Assembly (NCBI GenBank): GCA_024695105.1
Contig: JAILIV010000021.1
Coordinates: 15,666 to 79,665, forward strand
Reading direction: 5' to 3'
DNA from: Bacilli bacterium
GTDB lineage: Bacteria; Bacillota_I; Bacilli_A; RFN20; CAG-826
Length of the DNA stretch: 64,000 nt
Made by a program: the position numbers and the translations under genes. Shown one piece after another: positions 48,391 to 55,670 of the stretch. The notes under the pieces are model-generated. The model was given only the letters and a program-made list of their open reading frames with translations, had not been told where the DNA came from and did not search any database. Position 1 is the first letter of the stretch; every line of letters begins with the position of its first letter.

Positions 48391-49614
48391 ATGAAAGCGA
48401 GCAAGATCATCTTCGCCTTCGCGGCCGCGGCCTTATTGGCCTCCTGCCGCACCCAGCTGACCCCGGAGGAGGAATCCTCCTATCGCGCCTCCCAAAGCGC
48501 GGGCAGCACCACCTCCAGCCAGCCTGCGACCACCTCCTCGCAGCAGCCTTCCACGACCTCCTCTGAGCCGACCACGACCTCGTCCGAACCGGCTACCACG
48601 AGCTCTGAGCCCGCGACCACTTCCTCGGAACCGGCCACGACCTCGTCCGAACCAGCGACGACCAGCTCCGAAGAGCCTTCCTCCCAGTCCTCCACCGAGG
48701 AAAGCTCCGTTTCTTCCTCCAATGAGGAAGAGACCACATACCTCTATTTCCGCGAGTCCGTTTGGTGGAACGCGGAGACCGTCAAGACCTACATCGCCTT
48801 AGACGACGTTGGCCTGACAGGCATCGACCCGAACTTCACCGTCGACTTCGACAAAATGCTCGCGATGGAATACGTCTCCACCGTCCGGCAGAGCGCGACC
48901 GGCTGGTTCTCCTATTGGAAGATCGACGCCGCCCTCCTTGGCGAAGCATCCAACGTCCGCTTCGTCCGTGGCGGCCCGCATTACGAGAACGACGAACCCA
49001 CCGAGCTGATCGAATTCTGGGGCGCCGTGACCGAATCCGTCGCCCTCTCCAGCTTCGGCGACAACAACATGTATGACCTCCTTGAGGTCGAAAAGCCCGC
49101 CGCGTGGGAGGAAGGCGCCTCGGAAGAAGCCAGCCGCGTCGTCGAGGGTCTGCTCAGCATCTACAACCCCGGTGCCGACGTCCCCTACGTTCCTTCTTCC
49201 GAAGATTCCAGCCAAGGTGGGGAAGGTTCCTCCTCGACCCCGTCTGGGTCCTACTATGGCCCTGAGGGCTCCGAGCTCGTCTCCTGGTACATCGCCGGCA
49301 GCGGCAAGCTGTTCTCCGGCTGGTCCCTCGAAGGCGGCGTCCAGCTCTTCTCCAACCCGGGTAACCTCGAGGACAAGGGCTGCGTCCTGAACATGGAATT
49401 CGCCGTGGACGACACCTTCAAAGTCACCGACGGCCAGACCTGGTACGGCTACGAGAAGTGCGATCCCTATGAGGGTGAAGCCAACGCCGGCAAGTCCTGC
49501 TTCACCGGCGTCTCCGATGGCTATGGCGGCAGCAACTGGAAGTGCACCGTCGCGGGCTTCTATGACGTCTACGTCAATGGCTCCGGCGTCTTCTGGATCC
49601 AAGTCCACGCCTAA
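48391..49614 (+). CDS. Lipoprotein paralog with a (P/A)TTSSE heptad-repeat linker and the same unassigned C-terminal domain as 44276..45538
   Basis: Lipobox LLASCRT, six tandem 7-aa repeats, and a C-terminal ~130 aa about 85% identical to the paralog. Confidence 0.6.
   Translation: MKASKIIFAFAAAALLASCRTQLTPEEESSYRASQSAGSTTSSQPATTSSQQPSTTSSEPTTTSSEPATTSSEPATTSSEPATTSSEPATTSSEEPSSQSSTEESSVSSSNEEETTYLYFRESVWWNAETVKTYIALDDVGLTGIDPNFTVDFDKMLAMEYVSTVRQSATGWFSYWKIDAALLGEASNVRFVRGGPHYENDEPTELIEFWGAVTESVALSSFGDNNMYDLLEVEKPAAWEEGASEEASRVVEGLLSIYNPGADVPYVPSSEDSSQGGEGSSSTPSGSYYGPEGSELVSWYIAGSGKLFSGWSLEGGVQLFSNPGNLEDKGCVLNMEFAVDDTFKVTDGQTWYGYEKCDPYEGEANAGKSCFTGVSDGYGGSNWKCTVAGFYDVYVNGSGVFWIQVHA
48521..48672 (+). 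repeat. Tandem 21-bp coding repeats (about seven units) encoding (E/Q)P(A/T)TTSS
   Basis: Read directly: cagcctgcgaccacctcctcg, gagccgaccacgacctcgtcc, gaaccggctaccacgagctct, gagcccgcgaccacttcctcg, gaaccggccacgacctcgtcc, gaaccagcgacgaccagctcc. Confidence 0.8.
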
Positions 49615-49632
49615 TCGTCGACCTTAAAAGCA

Positions 49633-49668
49633 AGCGCTCCGTCTCAATAGATGGGGCGCTTTCTTTAT
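49633..49668 (+). terminator. Rho-independent terminator after the lipoprotein gene
   Basis: AGCGCTCC...GGGGCGCT hairpin with one G-U pair, followed by TTTCTTTA. Confidence 0.45.
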
Positions 49669-49826
49669 GCGTGGGCGCGCAAAACGCAAAAGCACCGCCA
49701 AAGGGTAGCGGATAATTCGATGCCATCGGACGTTTTTGATGAAAGCCCTTACAAAAAAGCGTTGCAACGCGCCAAAGGCGAGAGGAAAATATTGGAAACA
49801 AAGCGTTTTTATATAGGAGGACGCAT

Positions 49827-51716
49827 ATGAAGAAACAACTATGGGGTTTAGGCGCAGTCGCGCTTGCCCTTGGCGCGGTTGCCGGAGCCGTTGGTGCCCG
49901 GGCCGCCGTCGAATCGAAAGCGGAGGTGCACGAGTACATCACCGTGTATTTCAAAGACGCCAGTTGGTGGGCCACCGATGGCGCGAGGACCTCGACCTAT
50001 CTTTGGAAGGGCGAAACGAACAACACCTGGCCTGGCACCGTCATGACCGGCGTGGAATCCGGTGTGTGGAAGGCGACCGTCGACGTCACCGATTATGACC
50101 ATCTGATTTTCGCGCGTTATAACGCCACCGACGTTGGTAATAAGGACTGGGGCGCCAAGAGCGTCGCCATCGACCTAACGGCTTTTGACGCCGCCAAGCC
50201 TCTTTACGACATCAGCGGCAGCGTTGCCGTTTGGGGCGATCCTGGCGTTGAAGGAACTTGGAAAGCTTACGAAGAGCCTTCTACCTCTTCTTCCTCTGAG
50301 GCCTCTTCGGCCGCTACTTCGGAAGAAAGCTCCGTTCCTGCCGTCAATCTCCCTGGCACCGTTTACATCACCAACAACAAAGGTTGGGAAAACGTGAACG
50401 TCTACGCCTGGAAGGGCGAGACCAAGAACGCCGAATGGCCTGGCGCCGCCGCGACCTTCGACCACAAGAATGGCGACAGCCAAGACGTGTACAAAGTCAC
50501 TGGTCTCGGTGAATATGACCATTTGATCATCAACAACGGCACCACGCAGACCCGTGACGTCGCTGGCAATGAGTTCGGTGAGAATAACGCCGTTTGGATC
50601 AAAGACGAGCTCGTCGATGGCCACAACGACGTTGGCTTCTGGAACTATGCCCCCTCTTCTAGCTCTGAGACTTCCTCCGCGGCCAGCTCCAGCTCTGCCG
50701 TCTCCGCTTCTTATACCGTCAAGATCGGCCTTGGCGACCCCGTTGCCCTTGCCGAGAACACTTCCGCGTCTTTGGCCAGCAACCAGTTGGGCGAATACTA
50801 TGTGGATGGTTTGAACCTTAAGAAGAACGACCTTGTCGTGTTTGCCAACGGCGGTGCCGCGATCGACACCAAAATCGGTGGCGACACGGGTTCCAACTCC
50901 ACTCAAACCACAGAAGCCGAAAAAGCGGTCATCAACGTCCACAACGACGTCGATAATGCGTCCATCTACCTCAAAGCGTGGGAAGATGGCGGCTATTCCT
51001 ACTTCATCACCGGTTATGTCGCTGGCGCGACCGGTTACTACATCCTGACCGCCTCGGGCGAGTGGAACGTCGACAACGGCATCCTCTCCAATGGCGCTTC
51101 CGGGCTTAACGTCGCGACCTTCATCAACGTGAACTTCGCCGCGGACGAGGAATTCGTCGTCGGTAAGTTCATCGATGGCGTCCGTGACGTCGATGGCGGC
51201 TATCAATATGACGCTGGCTGGTCCGACGTCAAGGGTGGTGGCGCCGTCACCGCCGGTGCCTTCGTGGATGCCGCGAAAGACAACCACATCAAGTGCGCCA
51301 CCGCCGGTAAGTACTGCGTTTACCTCAATGGCGAGAAGGGCATCTACCTTGAACCCTACGCCGTGAGCCCGGACGATTACACCGCCGTCGATACCTTCGT
51401 CGCGACCTACATCACCCCGAAAGCTGGCGCCGCCTCCTCGGGCGACACCTGCGAAGCCAAGTACAACGCCGCGAAGACCGCGTTGCTTGCGTTGACCGAG
51501 ATCCAGCAAGACCTCTTCCGCAACGACAGCAAATACGCCGAAGCCTACGCGATCTACCTGGAGTGGGAAGCCGCTGCCCAAAGCGCTGGCACCTATAAGG
51601 TGACTGGCCTCTCCGCGGGCAACACCGCCCTCATCATTGGCCTCTCCGTCCTCGCCGTTGGCGCGGCCGCCGCTGGCGCGATGATCTACTTCTCCCGCAA
51701 GAAGAAAGCGGAGTAA
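49827..51716 (+). CDS. Surface protein with a signal peptide, two CBM25/CBM26-like starch-binding repeats and a C-terminal transmembrane anchor
   Basis: Two repeats with the Y..Y.....W..........W.GE.....WPG..MT pattern (YITVYFKDASWW...YLWKGETNNTWPGTVMTG and VYITNNKGWENVNVYAWKGETKNAEWPGAAATF). The C-terminus is LIIGLSVLAVGAAAAGAMIYFSRKKKAE. Confidence 0.6.
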   Translation: MKKQLWGLGAVALALGAVAGAVGARAAVESKAEVHEYITVYFKDASWWATDGARTSTYLWKGETNNTWPGTVMTGVESGVWKATVDVTDYDHLIFARYNATDVGNKDWGAKSVAIDLTAFDAAKPLYDISGSVAVWGDPGVEGTWKAYEEPSTSSSSEASSAATSEESSVPAVNLPGTVYITNNKGWENVNVYAWKGETKNAEWPGAAATFDHKNGDSQDVYKVTGLGEYDHLIINNGTTQTRDVAGNEFGENNAVWIKDELVDGHNDVGFWNYAPSSSSETSSAASSSSAVSASYTVKIGLGDPVALAENTSASLASNQLGEYYVDGLNLKKNDLVVFANGGAAIDTKIGGDTGSNSTQTTEAEKAVINVHNDVDNASIYLKAWEDGGYSYFITGYVAGATGYYILTASGEWNVDNGILSNGASGLNVATFINVNFAADEEFVVGKFIDGVRDVDGGYQYDAGWSDVKGGGAVTAGAFVDAAKDNHIKCATAGKYCVYLNGEKGIYLEPYAVSPDDYTAVDTFVATYITPKAGAASSGDTCEAKYNAAKTALLALTEIQQDLFRNDSKYAEAYAIYLEWEAAAQSAGTYKVTGLSAGNTALIIGLSVLAVGAAAAGAMIYFSRKKKAE

Positions 51717-51741
51717 TCGACTCCGAAACGATAAGATTAGG

Positions 51742-51775
51742 GCCTAAGCGCAATGCTTAGGCTCTTTCCTTTTAT
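51742..51775 (+). terminator. Rho-independent terminator closing the starch locus
   Basis: GCCTAAGC-gcaat-GCTTAGGC hairpin followed by TCTTTCCTTTT. Confidence 0.6.
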
Positions 51776-51804
51776 AGGAAAATCCACGTATAATTCCGCT
51801 TGCC

Positions 51805-52554
51805 ATGAAGCTTTCCGTTTTGTTGCCCGTAAAAAACCAGACCAATAAGCTCCTCTATAACCTGAAAGAGGCGATTTTGCCGTATTTCGACGCGCAAGAT
51901 ATCACTTATGACGTCTGGATTTGCTATGACGGGTCGACTGGGGAAGACAAAGCGCAGATGGAGAAGGAGTCCAAATCCTTCCCGCCTCACGTCCACCTCG
52001 TCCCGTACGAGAACCGGGTAGGCAAAGGAAATAACGTCAAACGCGCCATGCTGCATAGCCAAAGCGATTATGTTTTGTTCATGGATGCGGATTTGGCCAC
52101 GGGCTTAGACACATTTGAGAAGATGCTCCCGCTTTTAGGGAAAGCGGACTGCTTGATCGCCTCCCGCGACATCGAAGGCGCCTCCTACGCCCAAAAGCAG
52201 CCCTTCATGCGCCGGCTTACGCATTGGGGGTGCCGTATGGTCGTGGCCATGATGTTCCACATGAAGGGCATCAAGGATTCGCAGTGCGGCTATAAATGCA
52301 TCCGCACGTCCTTGGCCAAGCAATTCGCGCGGTTTTCCATCATCGATGGCTATGCCTTCGACGTGGAATTGCTTTATTCCCTTTACCGTAATGGTTTCTC
52401 CATCCAAGAAGTACCGTGCGTTTGGTCCGACGATCCCGATTCTTCCGTCTCGGGTTTGGGCGGTACCGTTCGCCGTTTCATATCGGATTTGAATAAAATC
52501 AAACGCAACCGCGACAACTACCTTTACGCGAAGGAGGACGAAGATGCTCATTGA
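51805..52554 (+). CDS. Family 2 glycosyltransferase (polyprenol-phosphate glycosyltransferase-like)
   Basis: GT-A fold with LLPVKNQ and DAD (FMDADLATG) motifs. A TATAAT -10 box is upstream. The gene overlaps the obg start by 11 nt. Confidence 0.8.
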   Translation: MKLSVLLPVKNQTNKLLYNLKEAILPYFDAQDITYDVWICYDGSTGEDKAQMEKESKSFPPHVHLVPYENRVGKGNNVKRAMLHSQSDYVLFMDADLATGLDTFEKMLPLLGKADCLIASRDIEGASYAQKQPFMRRLTHWGCRMVVAMMFHMKGIKDSQCGYKCIRTSLAKQFARFSIIDGYAFDVELLYSLYRNGFSIQEVPCVWSDDPDSSVSGLGGTVRRFISDLNKIKRNRDNYLYAKEDEDAH

Positions 52555-53839
52555 CCGGGCCGTCATCGAAGTGCGCTCGGGAAACGGCGGAAACGGCGCG
52601 ATTTCCTTCCTGCGTGAGAAGAACCTTCCCCGCGGTGGCCCCGATGGGGGCAATGGCGGCAGGGGAGGAAGCGTCTTTCTGCGCGCAAGAGGGGACGTGA
52701 ATACCCTTTTGGCCTATCGTCATAGCCGCCTCATCGCCGCCGAAGACGGGGAAAAGGGCGATAAGAAGATGCGCTTTGGCCGTGGGGCCGAAGACGTTTA
52801 TTGCGACGTTCCCGTAGGGACGGTCGTCTATGAGGAATCCACCGGCGCCTTCATGGCGGACCTTTCCCATGAAGGGGACGTAGTCTGCCTCGCCAAAGGC
52901 GGCAGGGGTGGAAGAGGCAACGCGGCCTTTAAGTCGGCGCGATTAAAAGCCCCCAAAATCGCCGAAAACGGGTTTCCTGGCGAGCGCAAACGCATCGTTT
53001 TGGAACTAAAGCTTCTCGCCGACGCGGGCCTAATCGGCTTCCCTTCCGTGGGGAAATCCACGTTGCTCAACATCGTCACCAAGGCCAATGTGCCCACGGC
53101 GGATTATCCTTTCACCACGTTGACGCCCAATCTTGGCGTAGTGACCGTCCATTTTAACGATGGCCCGCATCAATTCGTCTTGGCCGATATGCCAGGACTC
53201 ATCGAAGGGGCCCACGAAGGAAAGGGCTTAGGCATCACCTTTTTGCGTCACATCGAGCGTTGCCGCGTCTTGGTGCACATGGTATCCATGGACGGGGAAT
53301 CCGATCCTTACGAATCCTATAAAGCCATCAACGAAGAACTGAAGCTTTACGGTGCGCGATTGGAACAACGTCCCCAAATCGTCGTGGCGACGAAGATGGA
53401 CTGCGAAGGGGCGGAAGAACGGAAAAGGGCTTTTGACGAGGCCGCCGGCATCGAATCCATCGGAATCAGCGCCTTGACCGACGAAGGCGTGGAGAGCGTG
53501 ATGAAGAAAACCTATGAGTTGATCACCAAAACGCCTTTGTTCCCCTTAAAAGGCGTGGAGGAAGAAGAAGCCATCGGTGGGGTGAAAGTCTATGACGCCC
53601 ATCTGGATAAACCGGAGGAGGCCTTCGTCATCCTTCGTCCGTCCGAGCACGTTTTCGTCATCACCGGGGAAGAGGTCACCAAGCGTTATGGCCTGATCAA
53701 CCTTTCCACCGACGCCGGCGTGGCCCAACTTATTTCCTATCTGCAACGCCTTGGCATCGACGAGGCGTTAAAACAAAAAGGCGCGGTCAATGGAGATACC
53801 GTGCGCTTGGTCGATTTCGAGTTCGAGTATATCGAATAA
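52544..53839 (+). CDS. obg: GTPase Obg
   Basis: Gly-rich Obg fold (GGNGGNGAISF...GGPDGGNGGRGGSV), G domain (GFPSVGKSTLL, DMPGLIEGA, TKMD), and a C-terminal OCT/TGS domain. Confidence 0.9.
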   Translation: MLIDRAVIEVRSGNGGNGAISFLREKNLPRGGPDGGNGGRGGSVFLRARGDVNTLLAYRHSRLIAAEDGEKGDKKMRFGRGAEDVYCDVPVGTVVYEESTGAFMADLSHEGDVVCLAKGGRGGRGNAAFKSARLKAPKIAENGFPGERKRIVLELKLLADAGLIGFPSVGKSTLLNIVTKANVPTADYPFTTLTPNLGVVTVHFNDGPHQFVLADMPGLIEGAHEGKGLGITFLRHIERCRVLVHMVSMDGESDPYESYKAINEELKLYGARLEQRPQIVVATKMDCEGAEERKRAFDEAAGIESIGISALTDEGVESVMKKTYELITKTPLFPLKGVEEEEAIGGVKVYDAHLDKPEEAFVILRPSEHVFVITGEEVTKRYGLINLSTDAGVAQLISYLQRLGIDEALKQKGAVNGDTVRLVDFEFEYIE

Positions 53840-53867
53840 ACTCCCCCTTTGCCGTATAATGGGGCAC

Positions 53868-53966
53868 ATGGAAAAGGAAAAGCCGTCCATCTCCTTAATC
53901 GCCTCCCTTGTCGCATCGGCGGCGATCATCGTGGTGTGCATCATCTTCCTCGCCGTTTACCATTGA
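53868..53966 (+). CDS. Possible 32-aa hydrophobic peptide (MEKEKPSISLIASLVASAAIIVVCIIFLAVYH) upstream of ruvA
   Basis: The ATG is 8 nt downstream of a TATAAT box, the peptide has one transmembrane helix, and the ORF stops 6 nt before the ruvA start. No convincing SD, so this is speculative. Confidence 0.2.
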   Translation: MEKEKPSISLIASLVASAAIIVVCIIFLAVYH

Positions 53967-53972
53967 CGAAAT

Positions 53973-54540
53973 CATGATCTATTCTTTGCAAGGAATCATC
54001 GTCGACGTGACCCCGGAGACGGTCGCGATCGATTTGGGCCAGATCGCCTACGAGGTTTTCGTGCCGCGCCCACAGGAATTCACGCTGGGGCAGAACGCCA
54101 AGCTTTACGTGGAGGAGATCCTCACGCAGGATGACCATTATCTTTCGGGCTTCCAAACCAAAATGGAAAAAGACGCCTTCGTCTCTCTTCTACGGGTCAA
54201 AGGCATCGGTCCGAAAACCGCCTTAAGCGCGTTATCGGGGACCACGCCGGAAGAACTATTCAAAGCCATTGCCCAAAGCGACGCGAAATTCTTGAAGAAA
54301 CTCCCCGGCATCGGCCCCAAGGCCGCGAGCCAAATCATTCTTGACCTCCAAGGGAAACTAGTGGAATCCGAACCGAAGAAAGACGAACGAGAATTCCCGA
54401 TTATCCGCGCCACACTGAAGCAACTTGGCTTCAAGAAGGCGGAGATCGATGGGGCGTTATCCACCTTGCCCGAAGGCGCCAAAGACGATAACGACTCGCT
54501 TCGCCTTGCGTTGCGTAGCCTGCGAAAGGAAATGAAGTGA
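53973..54540 (+). CDS. ruvA: Holliday junction DNA helicase RuvA
   Basis: [14 protein letters not shown]-fold N-terminus, HhH motifs ([21 protein letters not shown]) and a C-terminal domain III. Confidence 0.85.
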
Positions 54541-55544
54541 TGCCACGCTTAATCGACGCGCGGAAAGAGGAAGAGGACGTTTCCGTAGAGACGACCCTTC
54601 GCCCCTTGACGTTAAAGGAATACGTTGGGCAAACCGACATGAAGCGGAACCTTTCCGTTTTCCTCGGGGCCGCGAAAAAACGCAAGGAACCCTTGGACCA
54701 CGTGCTTCTTTATGGGCCTCCCGGCTTAGGAAAGACCACGATGGCTTACGTGCTCGCCAATGAGATGGGTGGAAAGATCCGCCTCGCCAACGGGCCAAGC
54801 ATCGAACGGGCAGGGGACTTAGCCGCCATTTTAAGCGAACTCGAACCCGGGGACATTCTTTTCATTGACGAAATACATCGCCTTCCGCGCGTGGTAGAGG
54901 AAGTACTTTACGGCGCGATGGAAGACTTCAGTCTGACCATCATGACCTCCCAAAGCGGAGCCACCCATTCCATCACGCTCCCCTTGCCCCCGTTCACCCT
55001 CGTGGGCGCCACGACGCGATCGGGCGACCTTTCCTCCCCGCTTCGCGCCCGTTTCGGCATTTCCGTGAAAATCGACTATTACTCCGAGGAGGAACTGGAA
55101 ACCATCGTCCTGCGCACCTCTCGCGTGCTGAGCGCCCCGATCGACCCCGAAGCCGCCACCTTGATCGCAAAGCGGTCCCGCGGCACCCCGCGCTTGGCCA
55201 ACCGATTGTTTAAGCGCGTCCGTGACTTCGCCGACTTCGCGGGGGAGCAAAGCATTTCCTTGCAAACCGCGCAAGCCGCGCTGCAGGCGTTAAAAATCGA
55301 CGATTTAGGGCTCGACGAGGTGGATATCCGTTATCTCTCCTGCATCATCGATCGCTTCAAAGGCGGTCCGGTGGGGCTAGAGGCCATCGCCTCGTCCATC
55401 GGGGAGGAAATCACCAACCTCGAGGACGTCTACGAGCCTTATTTGGTCCTCACGGGCATGATCAACCGCACCCCACGGGGGCGCGTCGCCACCGAAAAAG
55501 CCTACAAGCACTTGCGAAGACCCTACCAAGGGACGCTTTTCTAG
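54540..55544 (+). CDS. ruvB: Holliday junction DNA helicase RuvB
   Basis: AAA+ motifs: Walker [13 protein letters not shown] and DEIHRL sensor. Overlaps the ruvA stop. Confidence 0.95.
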   Translation: MPRLIDARKEEEDVSVETTLRPLTLKEYVGQTDMKRNLSVFLGAAKKRKEPLDHVLLYGPPGLGKTTMAYVLANEMGGKIRLANGPSIERAGDLAAILSELEPGDILFIDEIHRLPRVVEEVLYGAMEDFSLTIMTSQSGATHSITLPLPPFTLVGATTRSGDLSSPLRARFGISVKIDYYSEEELETIVLRTSRVLSAPIDPEAATLIAKRSRGTPRLANRLFKRVRDFADFAGEQSISLQTAQAALQALKIDDLGLDEVDIRYLSCIIDRFKGGPVGLEAIASSIGEEITNLEDVYEPYLVLTGMINRTPRGRVATEKAYKHLRRPYQGTLF

Positions 55545-55551
55545 ACTTCAT

Positions 55552-55583
55552 CGCCGCCTTTAAAAAGGTGGCGTTTTTCTTTG
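55552..55583 (+). terminator. Rho-independent terminator after ruvB
   Basis: CGCCGCCTT-taaa-AAGGTGGCG hairpin followed by TTTTTCTTTG. Confidence 0.55.
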
Positions 55584-55626
55584 TTGTCAGGCGCTTGCGC
55601 GAAGAGTATCCTTTTACACGTCAGCA

Positions 55627-55644
55627 TGAATTATTAATAATTCA
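55627..55644. promoter_or_regulatory. Perfect 18-bp palindrome TGAATTATTAATAATTCA in the secDF promoter/leader
   Basis: Read directly from the sequence. It lies 27 nt upstream of the secDF ATG, just 5' of the GGAGGA SD. Confidence 0.35.
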
Positions 55645-55670
55645 GCGCGATTCCGATTCGGAGGATAACC

